Shown: piece after piece, positions 23,457 through 37,259 of the stretch | Numbering within the stretch: position 1 is the stretch's first letter | Layout: each line of letters starts with the position of its first letter | Origin: Felis catus | Taxonomy: Eukaryota | DNA length: 64,000 bases | Direction: 5' to 3' | NCBI RefSeq assembly: GCF_018350175.1 | Contig: NC_058368.1 | Span: forward strand, 96,102,001 to 96,166,000 | Notes under the pieces: model-generated | What the model was told of the DNA's origin: nothing | Seen by the model: the letters and a program-made list of their open reading frames with translations, nothing else | Database searches by the model: none | Made by a program: the position numbers and the translations under genes

Positions 23457-25251
23457 AAACTGCTTGGGTTCTAACACTCCTTTGCCATACATGTTGTGCT
23501 CATATATGAGCTTGAGACTCCAACTTGGGACCGTGACTATGTTGTGACTTCAAAGACTTGGAATTAGCAAGGCCTTTGACCTTGGCTTTTCTCCCTTCTC
23601 AGTGCTACTGTGAACTGTAGCAAGAGTCATTACCTTAGCCAGTTCCCATGGACAATAAGGTTTAGGTGTCTTCTTCAGTCTCAGTGCTGGCTCACTCTAA
23701 AGATTGTGCTCTTTCTAATATTTCTTTCCCACAGCTGTCGAGCATAGAAGGCCTTGCTGTTTTACTGGTTATTTTAAGTCCAGTGCACTTGCGTTTAGCA
23801 ATTCAAGCTGTCATGTATATATTTTTGCCACCAAAATATTTTCACTATCAATAGGACATACAGTCTTTAGTATAAAATAGGGTGCATATATTAACTTCGT
23901 GGACTAAGAAAGTGTCCACATGCTTCGTCATATCCAAACTGGTTTGAAAATAGCCAAGTGGCAGATGGGGATTTGTAGGCCTTTTGACAGAGGAATGAAT
24001 CAGAAAGCATTTGTCAGAAGCTCATAGTCTTTGATGGGAAGGGGCTTCACAGGGAAGAGCGTATCTGCAATATTACTGAGTGACTTTGAAAACCAGGATT
24101 TTTCCCAGAGTGGCAATGTTTTCAGAAACGATTTAAGGATGTTCCCTCTTCTGAATTGGATTTACAAAATTTTTATTTTTATTTTTTCTTTTTGGGAATC
24201 TAAGAGGTCCATTCTCATTGAGAATGCATCAAATGTACTGACAAGGCACAAGTGAGCCTTGATTCGGCTTTTACAGATAAATAATTTCAAGTCAAGAATG
24301 TGAAACATATTTCCAACTTGCAGTGGACAGTATCAGAATCAGAAGTTATAGTGTATATCATATGATCGAGTTCAACACTAGGGAATTCTTAACATTGCCG
24401 GGTGATGAATTATGCAAAAGAGGTCGCGAGGGTTCCAGTTTTAACTCAGAATGTGAACTTGATAGAATTTGAGCATTAGTGTCATTCTTTACATACTCAA
24501 CAATGCCAAATTTTTGTTCTTTTTTTCAAAAAAGTTTAACACCATACAGCATTGTTTGTTTTCCAGGACACACAAGGAAGTATTTTAACTCTTTAAGGAA
24601 TTTGCAATCTGGATAGTTATTTAATAAGTGCTCCTATCTCATTTGCAGACGTATAAGCAAGGGTGTGTTGGCAGAAACCCCGTAAAGTTATGTGGAAAAC
24701 CTAAAACACCTGGGATTTTCTCTCCTTGTGAATCAGAGGTTTCTATTTCGTCACCAATAGCCAGTGATGGGAACAGAAATTGTGTATTGCATTAGAAAGC
24801 AAGATTTTACTTTTTGACATAATGTACTCCATTGTATATAGTAAGAGTGCCGAAGAGACTCTTGTTAACCTGAACAGGGTAGTATGGTAGCAGTAGATCT
24901 GAAGATGTTCTTGGCATTTCCTTCTGGCACACAGTGCTCTTCGTTCTTCCCTGCCCATCAAAGTCCTGGTGTTCATCGTCCTCACAGAGACTTGCCTTGC
25001 TACAAGTTCCAGCCAGCACCTTCGCTCATACAACTCCCCTTGCTGAAGGAACACAGCCCTCTCCTCGAGTAGGACACGATCTGTTTTCTGGTTACACATT
25101 GCATGTTTCTAAAACGAAAAGGCAATCTGTTAAGCAGAGATGATGTCAGGGTAAGAACGGAGGATTTGAGGATTTTTGTTGTTGTTGTTCAAATAACAAT
25201 TCTACTACTACTCGAAGAGTTTCAATTCATTTCAGGTTGGGGAGGGACCCT

Positions 25252-25288
25252 AGTGTATTGATCAGTGTATTGAATCAGTGTATTGATT
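25252..25288. repeat. Three tandem copies of agtgtattga(a)tc next to an L2 tail remnant
   Basis: agtgtattgatc-agtgtattgaatc-agtgtattgatt, followed by atttactgagcatt. Confidence 0.8.
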
Positions 25289-26369
25289 CGTTTGTTCATG
25301 TATTTACACTAGATATTTACTGAGCATTTATAATGAGGTAATACTGTTAAAGATCTTCTGGATACTGCATTGTCCCCAGTACTGAATACATTATCTTGCA
25401 TGTTTTAGGTTCTTAATGATCATTTAAATAGTAAAAATAGATTTTAGGACCAATTATAATACTAAAATGTTTCCAAAGGTGAATTATCCCAATGCTTCAT
25501 TTTATCTGAGTATATGCACCTTGAAGGCAGATTTCTAAGCTACAAGGCCAATAGCATAGAAACTGTTAAGAAGAACATGCCTGATTTATCAGAGAATACA
25601 TTATTTACCAAATTGATTTAAATAGAGTAAGATTTTTTTTTATGCGTAGAATTTTGAGGTACGTAAGTGGCTGATCTTCGAAAAAGCAGGCTATTATTTT
25701 GAGGACCTGAGGAAGACAGAAGTGAGTACAGCAAAAGTATGAGGCGGGGAAGCAAAACAGATTCAGCCAAGTTAGCAAAGACTCCACTAGTCCTTCCTAG
25801 ACTCTTATATGCTCACATATCTCTAAACCCAGTCCCTTTGTTCTTAGAGAATCGATATCCACGGGACTAGTGGATCTAGAATACCAAGAGTCAAAAATTA
25901 CCCTCTATCCCTCATTATTTTTCTCTATATTAGAAGCTGGCCTCCTAGAACATAACAAAAATAAAACGCGCTCAGAGAAATAATCCAAGGATGAATCAGA
26001 ACCGGCAAATTCATTTTTGGAAACCATACTCATTTGCAAAAGTTTATTATTAGAAGATGAAAGGAACAATTTATAAATGAGACAATTCCATTAGTAATGC
26101 ATTTAACTTATTGGGAGGTGGGGTTTCATCCATGGAATTCACCTTAAAAAACAACTCGAGATTGATCTACCCATTTACCCTGGTTCTCCTTTCAGATAGA
26201 TTGATTACCATTTGTTCTCAAATACTTTTAAGCATTGATATTTTTGACACTGCCCTGGGTCTACAGTCATCACTACTCTTACCTTTCTAGACTCGCTCAT
26301 GTTTTATCTTTTCATGGGCTTGTAAAAACCTCTTGAAATGGTGAAAAAGACTTCAGAAATGGTGTCATT

Positions 26370-26964
26370 TACCAGAAACCTCCTTGGAGCTCCAGTTATG
26401 CAAGCTAGAATCTCAAGAATCATTCTTGGTTCTACATTCGCTCCTGCGTTCCATATTCAGTCTACTGGCAAGTTATGGCATGTATGCTTCCTAAATATAT
26501 TTCCCATCTGTCCATTTCTCTTCATCCATGCTGCCAACACAGAGTCCAAAACGCATCCTGATTACTATGCCTTCCTACACTAATCTCCTACTTCCTCTCT
26601 CACTTCCCTCAATCTTTATTTCACAAGGCCCGGTCGGAAAAATCTTTAAAAAAATACATGACACTACTTGCCTGCCCTTCTTAAAATCCAGTTGGCTGGC
26701 TCCAGTTCAGCCAACATCTGAATTATGTTTGGTGGCATCCAAGGTCTTCATGTTTTCCTGCCTTCTGGTATCTTTCACCATATCTTATTGCATTCCCTTA
26801 TACTTTTCTGCATCAATGATGCTTGGCTTTTTTTTTTTTTCTTAGAAGCCATAATGTGCCAAGAGGGAAGAGGCTTTGCCTTGTTTCCATCTATGTCACT
26901 ACAGGACTGAGTGTGTCTAGAACCATGGAGATAACTAAAGTAGTGTGTATTGAAGGAATGAATG
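26370..26964 (+). mobile_element. L2 fragments with 3' tail
   Basis: caagctagaatctcaagaatcattcttg..ttcctaaatatatttcccatctgtccatttctcttcatcc..tgtattgaaggaatgaatg. Confidence 0.65.
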
Positions 26965-27050
26965 GGAGGGAGGGAGGGAGGGAGGGAGGGAAGGAAGGAA
27001 GGAAGGAAGGAAGGAAGGAAGGAAGGAAGGAAGGAAGGAAGGAAGGAAGG
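26965..27050. repeat. (GGGA)n(GGAA)n microsatellite
   Basis: Read directly; grown from the L2 tail. Confidence 0.95.
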
Positions 27051-27149
27051 GCGGGCAGGCAGGTTGTTTCTAAGTCAGTGAAAACAGATGTTTGAATCTA
27101 GTCCTCTCTGACTATACTGTCTGTAGAGAACTTAAATGTGTACATAGTG

Positions 27150-27690
27150 AACAACTGAAGAATTATCTCAGAATTTAGTGCAAAAAAACAGAGATGGAAA
27201 GTATGAGAAGAGTGAAGAGATAATATCAATCTAGAATTTTCTTTATCAGCCTAATAAGATTTCTTGGAGAAAATAGACAATGAAAGGCGGGGGAGGGGGT
27301 TGGGGAGGGAGGGAATTATCGAAATAAATAACAGGAAACAAGCTCTCAAAGTTGAAGAAAAATTGAAGGCCTCACACTGAGACACTCACCAAAAGTCATA
27401 CAGGATGATTGTAAAAAACCTTGGGGCTGGACACACTGCATGACATTTCAGAAACCTAAAGATAAAGAGAAAATCTTAAATATGTCCAGAGGGGAAAACC
27501 TAACGAACAAGCAATTAAAATGCCAAAACAGGTTTTCCAAAAAGAAAGAAACATCATATTAGCATCACGTTTCTCAGAAACAAACTCAATTTCTATAAAA
27601 CATGGAACATTGTCTTCAAAGTTCTGATGGAAAATGTTCTGAACCTGAATGAATATATTCAACCAAATTAACATTCTGGTGGAAAGACCA
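27150..27690 (+). mobile_element. Ancient L1ME/HAL1-like ORF1 remnant
   Basis: aaagataaagagaaaatcttaaa (KDKEKILK), ttagcatcacgtttctca, atggaacattgtcttcaaagttctgatggaaaat (WNIVFKVLMEN). Confidence 0.6.
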
Positions 27691-28199
27691 AAAAAAAAAA
27701 AAATCGCAAAAGCAGCGATCTGTTTTATCCCCAGTAAAATGCGAAAACAAAAGTAAACAAAAAAAGGAAATAAAAGTCCCAGATGATGTTATTTTGAAAT
27801 GTGGAAGAAGTTTCTTGCCTTGTTTGAGAAAATAATTTAGAGGGTCTATTATTTCATAACACACAAAAGTTTTTTTAAACTATTTAGCTAAGAAGAAATG
27901 CTCTCTGTAAGCAAGCATGTGTGAATCTTTTCTAATGAGATTGCACTGATTTATAACATAGGTAATTTCAAACAGCAATATTACAAAAAGAAGAAAAATG
28001 AATTGGAAACTCAGGGGAAGGCTACATGGTCACATAACCTGGAAACAGGGTCTGTGCCTTCACCTTTGCCAAATAATTAGCCAATGAAATAATACAAAGT
28101 TGTCTGTGACATCAAACTTTATTTTCTTAACCTTCATTTACATTATGTCTGACCTTGGCAGGCAAGAAGGAAAGGAAGGATGGAGGAATCACCTGGGAC

Positions 28200-28428
28200 T
28201 TTTTTTATTTTTTTATTTTTTTTAATGTTTATTTTTGAGAGAAAGAGAGAGAGACCATGAGCAGAGGAGGGGCAGGCAGAGAGAGAGAGGGAGACACAGA
28301 ATCTAAAGCAGGCTCCAAGCTCTGAGCTGTCAGCACAGAGGCTGACATGGGGCTCGAACTCACAAACCATGAGATCATGACCTGAGCTGAAGTCGGACGC
28401 TTAACCCACTGAGCCAACCAGGTGCCCC
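28200..28428 (-). mobile_element. Can-SINE
   Basis: Standard body; TSD gaatcacctgggacttt / gaattacctagaacttt. Confidence 0.96.
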
Positions 28429-29533
28429 AAGAATTACCTAGAACTTTAAAGTGAGTTAAGACCAGAAGAATAAAACCATGCTTGACTTGATTAAAACCCA
28501 GTCAGATAAAAATGTATAAAAAAGAAAGAATAATGTAAGCCTCCAAAGAATCTCATATCAAATGTTCACTGCCTGATTGCTGGTCTCACCAGTCACAGTT
28601 TTAAAATACATTCGGTACAACATTATATCACTGTGTTTCATAAATCATCCTCTCTAGTTTAAGGCTTTTTTTTTTAAATGAAAGAACACAAAATAGAATT
28701 AGCCTAAAGAAATTAGAATTTTGGAAAGCTCTGAAGGCCAAAAATGGATGGGGGGTTAGTTTTTCCTATTAATGATATTACTGATCATGATATAAATTGA
28801 TAAACATATTTCTTTCCTTGGAATGTGAATGATAACAGCTTTAAAGGGTTTATGGCAGCATGCTGTGCTGTCTCAGTAGGCAGTAAAGACCAATGTATTT
28901 TGGACTTTGGTATGTATTCATGAGGGAGAAAAAGTGAAAGTTAGCATGTGTTTCTATATGACACTATTTTAGGTGCATCCGGTTTGATTCACAAATGATT
29001 TCCAGTGGTTTGACTCTGCTTTGAAACAGCATTTCATTATGACAATTTCCTTTTTGACTTAATTATGTTCCTCGATTGTCTTCCTCCTTTTGAAAATGTT
29101 CCCTAAGGGTCTACCGTGCAAAGTATTCTTTCTGGCTGTGGTGGAAAAATAGAAGGATGGATAAATGATCTTCCGCCAAGCTTAAAGAGAAAACCAATCA
29201 AACAAACAAAAACATGCCATCTGAGGCGAGGTGAATACCGTAATTATGCCGCTTCCCTGCAGAATCTATCCCTTCACAGACAGACACAAAAAATTAGAAA
29301 CAGTCATTTTCTGGGCACACCAGGAACCTGTTCACTGCAGCTTTTACTTACATACTCATCAGTGAATACTTATTCTAATTCTAAATTATAAAGTCCCCAC
29401 AACCTACTCTCCTACCAAAGAGACAGGGGATGTTTTACAAAAATTCAAAACAAGATACGGAGAAATGGAAAATTTAACCAAGACATCGTGAAAGAGGCAT
29501 CAAAGAACAATGACATACCTTTGGCTATCTTTT

Positions 29534-29746
29534 TTTAATTTTTTTTAAATTTTATTTATTTATGAGAGATAGAGACAGCAAGAGTGAGGGAGGGGCAGAG
29601 AGAGAGGGAGACACAGAATCCGAAGGAGTCTCCAGGCACTGAGCTATTAGCACAGAGTCTGAGGTGGGGCTTGAACTCGCAACCCATGAGATCATGACCT
29701 GAGCCGAAGTCGGGATGCTTGACCGACTGAGCTATCCAGGTGCCCC
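29534..29746 (-). mobile_element. Can-SINE
   Basis: Standard body; TSD tggctatcttttt at ~29522 and ~29747. Confidence 0.96.
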
Positions 29747-29799
29747 TGGCTATCTTTTTACTGAGACAGGAAACATTTTAGAACCCCAAACTCCAACAT

Positions 29800-30480
29800 T
29801 TGTTAATGTACCTGTTACATTAGCAAGAACTTGGGGATGCTTCGAGGCACTCCCCGCCTCAGCCCTCTTCTGGATGTCCCTTTATAAGTGGCACTCAGTG
29901 CTCCATTGTGTCATCACCCGCTACCAAAATTGAGGGGCTCAGGAATGGGAATCTGACCCAGGCTAGACCAATGAATCGTCGCATGACTCAGAACAAGAGC
30001 TCTGCTCAACTTGGCTGACTCTTGACACCCAGCGGCGACTGGCTGAACTGATCAGTTCTTATCCTTCTTAAGGGCTTGCATTGTGAAATAGTCAAGGTAC
30101 CAGGATTCAGTAAAATAGCCCAGAAGCTGAGACACAGAGAGAGACTGCAATAAACATGAGCTATGAGAAAAAACCTTGGGAGGTTTGGCAGCCACGAAAG
30201 AAAGACAATAGCTGGATAACCCTAAGCATTAAACACCAAGAAATGAAGTGCAAGGTGCCTCTCTTGAGGATTAGGTAGATAAGCTCAAGTTGGAGAGCTT
30301 ACTTACTCTTATCTGTTGTGTACTTTGTAAGGCCTTCCAGCAAGACTGTTTACACTCCCCACAGACTTCCCTTCTCTCTCATAAAATCTTGTAGTAAGAC
30401 TCTCCCCACCCCCACCCCACCCCCCAATTTGTTAACTAAAGTAAGCTGAGAGTGTCTCATTCCCTTGCTGTACAACAGGA
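29800..30480 (+). mobile_element. Possible ancient ERVL-type LTR
   Basis: acccaggctagaccaatga, and the end actaaagtaagctgagagtgtctcattcccttgc, resemble class III LTR text. Family not assignable. Confidence 0.35.
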
Positions 30481-30814
30481 TCCTTTCCGTATACAGCAGT
30501 GGCCTCGAATGAGATAGTCCTGACTCTGGGTTTCCGCAGTCAGACCCCCCCCCACCCCAGGTCTGTTTCCTCTGCCAAATATGTTTCTTGAAGGGTTTAT
30601 GGAGATTGGCTTTCCGAGGGAATATTTTTATTAATAGAACCTAGAACCCAATGTATTACATCGGCACGGACAGCCCTCAGGTCATGTTTTCTGTAGTATT
30701 GTGCTAGCAACACCATCAAAGTGAACAGCTACAGTAGGGCCACCCATGAATGGACGATGGCCATGACCTATACAGTTCAATTCAAAGTTATTTCTTAGTT
30801 TCATACATGTTGTC

Positions 30815-31037
30815 TTTATTTTCATTTCTCTTTGATGTTTATTTTTGAGAGAGACACACACAGACACACACACACACACACAGAGGAGGGAGGAGCAGAG
30901 AGAGAGGAAGACACAGAATCCAAAGCAGGCTCCAGGTTCTGAGCTGCCAACACCAAGCCCAACATAGGGCTCAAACTCAGGAACCATGAAATCATGATCA
31001 CAGCTGAAGTTGGACATTTAACCACTTGGACGCCCCC
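30815..31037 (-). mobile_element. Can-SINE with (CA)n
   Basis: gaagacacagaatccaaagcaggctccagg..aaccatgaaatcatga; the head is partly deleted. Confidence 0.93.
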
Positions 31038-31540
31038 TAAATATGGTCTTTAGAAACAACTTGTATGAAATGTTATGAAGCTAATAAGGCAAATGTTTCC
31101 CATCAGAAAGGAATACTTTCCTTGGAAAGCTTCAAAAGCCATCACCCATGGTCTATTTTACTTTTTTTCTTCCAAAATGTGTGCTCCTAATCTAATGAGG
31201 TAAATTTCCCAGGTAAAATAATTTGGACTTGTTTTTAATAATATTATTGCTTTTCTAATCTGTAATATCCCTTAACACACGTTTTAATTCTCTTAGTGTC
31301 TTTTTAAATGAGGGAAAAACCACATGGCAGCTGAAATTTTGTATACTTGAGAGTCATTTTCTTTTGACATGATACTAATTATCATTATCTGAAAAAGAAC
31401 AGAGACAATGCAGAAAATGCTGACCTGATATTACGTAGTCATTTGTCAATTATCAACAGTGTTCAAAATAATTAATAAGAAAATGTATTATCAGCCAGGA
31501 GAACATAAAGTAGACATGCTTCTAATGTCCATCAAAATAG

Positions 31541-31776
31541 GATTTTTTTAAAGTTTATTTATCTTGAGAGCAAGAGTGAGGGGGAGAGGGAGAGCCCATG
31601 TGTGGGTGTGCCAGCGGGGGAGGGGCAGAGAAAGAGGGAGAGAGAGAATCCCAAGCTGGGTCCACACTGTCAGTGTAGAGCCCTATGCGGGGCTTAAACT
31701 CACAAGCCAGGAAATCATGACCTGAGCTGAAACCAAGACTCGGATGCTTAACCGACTGAGCCACCCAGGTGCCCCT
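31541..31776 (-). mobile_element. Can-SINE
   Basis: gagagaatcccaagc..ggatgcttaaccgactgagccacccaggtgccc. Confidence 0.95.
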
Positions 31777-32310
31777 CAAATTGGAATGTTTTAAAACATA
31801 CTGCATCACAAAACCAATCAAAGCCATAAAGTCATGATTGTCTAATAGATGCCAAAATTTTTTGATAATCATTGATCATACATCTAGCAAAAAAAGTTTA
31901 CAACAAAATTATTTTAAAATGATAATATAAATCATAAGAATGATGAGCGAAGAATGTGTCCCTGTACTATATAACAAAGCATCCTCTAACTATCCCATAC
32001 TAAAATAAAACAGAATTTTGCACAGAAGGGAAAAATAAATTAATAGAATAGAAATTGAAGTGGTTCCAAATGTATGTGTATTTATATATGACACAGATGT
32101 CACGAAAATGATTTATATAATGACAGTGCTGGCATATTGGTTATCCCTATGGAAAAAATCAGCCTTACACCTTGTCTCATTTGTAAAAATGAATTATAGA
32201 TGGATTGGATAGAAATTTAAAATAAATATAAATAACAATAAAACACATGTATTGAGGAATCCTTATTAAGACATAGAACATTCAGAAGCCATAAAATATA
32301 ATACAGACAT

Positions 32311-33435
32311 ACATTCATCCAGAAAAAGATTGATTGAACACCTACCCTGTGACTCACCCTAGTCAGGATGCTCATGATAATCTAATAAATAAGGCAAAGA
32401 GTCCAGTTTTTCACTGCATGTACATCCTAGTGATGGAGGCCAAGCAAATAATGGAATAATTTTAGCTAGTGGTACCTATTGAAAAAAATAACAATTTTGG
32501 AATATGTTACAGTAAAAACAGACTGGAAAGCTACTTTAGATAATGTCACCAGAAAAACCCCTCTTTGGGGATGGCATTTTAGGCCTCAATAATAAAGAGA
32601 CACACTGCAGAAAGTTCTAGAAAGGGGCATTCCACAAAGAGAAAAGAGTAAATCTAGAGTCTTGACAAATGCGGTGAGTCTGCCCTGTTAAAGAATTAGA
32701 AGCCATGCAGTGGGATGAACAAGCAGGCAGTCAGTAAAAGGGAGTTTGTAAAAGAAGAGAGAGGAGATGTGGTCAAGGGTGACACCGTCTAGGCCCTAGT
32801 CAGTCTGATAAAGGATTTGAATTTGACTTTAAGTGCATTGCCAAGCTATCAAAGAGTTTTAAGCCTGGAATAAATTGTTGTGGTTTTGGTTAGAAAAATA
32901 CAATATTACTCTGGTGTTTTCAGAATGGATGGTATGGGACAAAAATGGATGAAGGGACATTTTTTGGGGTGTTACCCTAACTCAGTAACAGCTGATGGCA
33001 CTTTGGGCTACAAGAGTCACAACAGGCATTGGGAGAAGCAGATAAAGACACAACATGTTTTACAGGATTGGCTAGAGAAATCGATGAAAGGTATTAAGGA
33101 AAGTGAGGAAAGAAGAATAATGCCTAAGGATTTTGGCTTGCGCAGTTGAGTGAATGAAGGTGTCTGCAGTCTCGTGAAATGGAGAGGGTTGTAGAACTGG
33201 CAGGGGTGTGTGGCACAGATGGCAGGATTCTGTTCTGGACATGGGAAGTTTCAAGTGCGTATCCGATCTGCAATTAAAGATGTATAGCAGGAACTTATTC
33301 ATACTGGTATGGAACTCAAGGAAGAGGTTAGATCTAGAGACACATTCTTTGGAAACATTTGTGTACAGATGATATTTAGAGCCACAAGACTAGATGAGAT
33401 CCCTACATAAGAATGTACAAATAAAGAGGAGGCAT
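32311..33435 (-). mobile_element. L2 LINE 3' portion (~1.1 kb)
   Basis: Tail cattcatcc..gattgaacacctac; taaaggatttgaatttgactttaagtgcattgccaagctatcaaagagttttaagc; gatgatatttagagccacaagactagatgagatc. Confidence 0.85.
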
Positions 33436-33924
33436 TAGAATATGCTTTTGTGCATAAAAATTAAAGTAACTAAGTATAGCCAATATAAAAGGGTTGAGCA
33501 TTGAAGGTTAAAACTGGAAAAATACCTTCAATATACTCAAGCCAAGGGTTAATATATTTAATTTTAAAAGAGCTACAACAGATCAATAAAGAAAAAAAGA
33601 AGCAGGTCATTGAAAAAACCAGATAAAAGATATTAATGGGCATTTCATAATAGAGGAAATTCGGTTGGCCAATAAATGCATGAACAGATGGTCAGCCTCT
33701 CTGGCAATGAGGGAAATGCAAAGCATAACAATTGGATATCATTTTTCATTCATCAAATAAGCAAAAGTTAAGGAGAGCATTAAGTCCCTTGCTGGTAAAG
33801 ATTTACGGAAATGGGTACTCATAAATTGCTATTGGGAAGATGAATTTTTAGAGAGTCTTGGGAAATAAATTCGACCTTAGTCCTTAATTGAATATTTGTA
33901 TTTTCTGACTTAGCAATTTTCAAT

Positions 33925-34157
33925 TATTTTGTTATTTTTTATATATATTTTAAAAATTGTAATGGTTATTTATTTTTGAGAGAGAGAGACAGAGTGAGTC
34001 GGGGAGGGGCAGAGAGAGATGGAGACAGAATTCGAAACAGGCTTCAGGCTCTGAGCTGTCAGCACAGAGCCCAAGTTAGGGCTCGAACTCACGAGCCATG
34101 AGATCATGACCTGGACTGAAGTCGGACACTTAAGCGACTGAACCACACAGGTGCCCT
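33925..34157 (-). mobile_element. Can-SINE
   Basis: gggctcgaactcacgagccatgagatcatgacctggactgaagtcggacacttaa. Confidence 0.95.
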
Positions 34158-34364
34158 CAATTTTTGAGATTGTAAGTGCTTAAAGATATGTTTATGAAGA
34201 TGTTGATTATAATAATTGTTTTAGATGGACAAAATAAATTCACAGTTTATTGTAGGGGAGCAAAATATAGTATACTCATACTATGATATATTATACACAT
34301 AAAAAAGAATTATTCTAGATATTTGTAATATATCTTTTTTTAAAATGGAGAGTCAGTTTTAGAT

Positions 34365-34549
34365 ATTTAAAAAAATTTTTTAATGTTTTTTTATTTTTGA
34401 GAGAGAGAGCGACACACACAGAATCTGAAGCAGGCTCCAGGCTCTGAACTGTCAACACAGAGCCCCACGTGGGGCGCCAACTCACAAACCACAAGATTGT
34501 GACTTGAGCCAAAGTGGGATGCTTAACTGACTGAACCACTCAGGTGCCT
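34365..34549 (-). mobile_element. Can-SINE with an internal deletion in the CT-rich region
   Basis: cacagaatctgaagcaggctccaggctctgaactgtcaacacagagcccc..caggtgcc. Confidence 0.93.
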
Positions 34550-34802
34550 CACTTAAAGTTGGTTTTAAAGTAAAGTTTGTGTGTTTGATGTGTATAGAAA
34601 GTTCTTTACTTTTATTGACATTTGTGTTACTTTAATTGTTGAAACAATGATATATTGCCTTTGTAATTATGTTAAATATACATGTAATCATTTCCAAGAG
34701 GTAAAGTGTAGGTATTTTTTAAAGAAAAGGGGATAAATACATTTTCAGAACAAATTTTAAGAAAGTCCTTTGATAATTGTCTGTTACCATTTTGTGAACC
34801 TT

Positions 34803-36724
34803 CTATATTTTTAATTAAGTATAGTTGACATATTAATTTCAGGTATACAACATAGTAATTTGACATTTATATACCTTATGAATGCTCACTAAAATAAGTC
34901 TATTCCTTGTGCTGTACTTTTCATCCCTATGATTTACGTATTTTATAACTGGTAGTTTATACCTCTTAATCCCCTTACCCATTTTGCCTATCCCCCTTCT
35001 CCTGTCCCCTCTGTCAACCACCAGTATGTTCTCTGTATTTATGAATCTGTTTGTGTTTTTTGTTGTTTATTTTAGTTTTTTTAGATTGCACATGTAAGTG
35101 AAATCATAAATGATATTTGTTTTTCTCTAACTGACTTATTTCACTTAGCCTAATACTCTCTAGGCTCATCCATGTCACAACTGTCAAGATCTCACTCTTT
35201 TTCATGGCTGAGTAATATTCTTTTATGTATATTTTTTCATCTATCTGTGAACACTAGGTTTCTTCCATTTCTTGGTTATTGTAAATAATGCTTCAGTAAA
35301 TCTATGGGTGTATATATCTTTCCAGATTAGTGTTTTGGTGTTTTTTTTTTATGGTAAATGCTAAGAAGTAGAATTGCTGGATCATAATGTATTTCCATTT
35401 TTAATTTTCTAAGGAAAATTTTCCCACAAAACTGCATGAGGGTTTCTTTTTCTCTGTATCCTTGACAGTTCTAGGTATTTCTTATCTTTTTGACACTAGC
35501 CATTTTGACAGGTGTCAGGTGATAACTCATCGTGGTTTTGATTTGTAGTTCCCTGATGATGAGTGATGTTGAACATCTTCTCATGTTGTCTGTTGCCATC
35601 TGTATGTCTTCTGTGGAGAAATGTCTATTCAAGTCCTTGGCCCTTCTTTTAATCAACTTGTCTGTATATTTGTTTTGGTGTTAAATTCTATGAATTCTTT
35701 ATATATTTTGGATATTAGCACCTTGTCAAATATATCACTTGCACATTTGTATCCCATTTGGTAAGTTACCTTTTCATTTTGTTGATGGTTTTCTTGGCTG
35801 TAGGAAAGGTTTTTAGTGGGATGTAGTCTTTATTGTTTATTTTTGCTGTTGCTTCCCTTGCCTGTGAAGATATCCAAAAAGAACTATTGCTAAGATTGAT
35901 GTCCATGTTGTCTTTTAGGAGTCTTACGGTTTCAGGTCTTCCATTTAGGTTTTTAATTCATTTTGAGTTTATCCTTTTGTGGTCTGATCTCATTCCTTTG
36001 CAGGGAACTGTCCAGTTTTCCTAACACTGCATAACAAAGAGACCATTTCTTCCCCACTGCATATCTTCAGCTCCTTTGTTATAAATTAATCAAGCTTATA
36101 CACATGGGTTTATATCTGAGCTCTCTATTCTTTCCTTTGATCTATATGTTTGTTTTTATGGCAATAACATATTATTTTAATTACTATCATCTTTTAGTAT
36201 TGTTTGAAATCTGAGATTGTAAAGCCCCCAACTTTGAACTTATTTCTCAAGATTCCTTTGGCAGCAGAGTTCTTTTGTGGTCCCATATAAATTTTAGGAC
36301 TAGTAGTTGTAGTTCTGTGGAAAATACTGTTGGTATTTCGCTAGGCATTATATTAAATCTTTGTATTGCCTTGGGTGATATGGACATTTAAACAATAATT
36401 CTTTGACCCCCTAAGCACATTGTACCTTTCCATTTATTTCTGTTGTTTACAGCTTCTTCCTTCATTGTCTTACAGTTTTCAGAACGTAAGTTTTTCACCT
36501 CCTTGGTTAAATGTATGCATAGGAATTTCATTCCTTTTGGTGGAATTTTAAATAGTATTATTTTCTTAATTTTCCTAATAGTTTGTTGTTAGTGTATAAG
36601 AAACACAAAATGTTTTTGTATATTAGTTACATATCCGGCAAACTTACTGAATTCATTTACCAGTCAGTAAAGTCTGTTGGGTGTTCTATATATGGTATCA
36701 TGTCATTTGAAAATAGTGACAGTT
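34803..36724 (-). mobile_element. 5'-truncated older L1 (L1MA9/L1_Carn-like): ORF2 3' part and 3' UTR
   Basis: ORF 35471-35656 reads [45 protein letters not shown]; 3' end agtatagttgaca..tttcaggtatacaacatagt. Confidence 0.92.
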
Positions 36725-36789
36725 CAGGGGAGCTATGTAATATAATTGGCCTGAAAATAACGAGTACCTTATCCACAGACAAAAATATA

Positions 36790-36910
36790 AGACAAAATAT
36801 AAAATAATAACATAAAATAACACAAAATGAAATAAAACAAAATAAAACAAAATAAAATAAAATAAAATAAAATAAAATAAAATAAAATAAAATAAAATAA
36901 ATAAATAAAT
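36790..36910. repeat. (AAAAT)n pentanucleotide repeat with a degenerate 5' part
   Basis: Read directly. Confidence 0.95.
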
Positions 36911-37092
36911 TCCAGGCAGGTATTTGGTGCTCTTCCCCTTCAGCAATGAAAGCAGAGAACCAATTTCATTAGATTTCTGTTTCCTTCTCAGTGATGGAGT
37001 CAGGCCGCTAAAAACTGTGACTGTGAAAACATCACAAGATCAACTGACTTTGTACCTCCAAACTTTTGTTCATTTACAGACATCTTCCATAT

Positions 37093-37165
37093 TAGACCGT
37101 CCTGGATTTGAATCTAACTTTGCCACTTCCTAGCTGTGTGACCTTGGGCAAGTTGTTGAAGACAC
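37093..37165 (+). mobile_element. MIR core fragment
   Basis: cctggatttgaatctaactttgccacttcctagctgtgtgaccttgggcaagtt. Confidence 0.8.
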
Positions 37166-37259
37166 TTCTTGGCTTTGAACCTTTGTCTCCAGAGATTGAT
37201 AGTGATGCCACACCTTATTCTGATGTACGATGACCTATCTGTCACGTTATAATAGTCAG

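Larger units (their letters stand above)
31900..34310 (+). mobile_element. Ancient L1ME-like ORF2 3' region, interrupted by an L2 and a SINE
   Basis: 33626-33724 translates to KDINGHFIIEEIRLANKCMNRWSASLAMREMQS, similar to L1 ORF2p [31 protein letters not shown]. The upstream piece at 32110-32300 contains cagtgctggcatattggttatccctatggaaaaaa. Confidence 0.75.

Noticed and set aside
24743..25143. Four overlapping ORFs on both strands as a processed pseudogene or endogenous viral element
   Set aside because: No recognisable protein similarity, poly(A) or TSD. A BLASTX search would settle it.
30798..31070. 20-bp imperfect inverted repeat (tttcatacatgttgtcttta / tagaaacaacttgtatgaaa) flanking a SINE, as transposon TIRs
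   Set aside because: 17/20 match in AT-rich DNA that does not extend; no TSD and no known TIR recognised.
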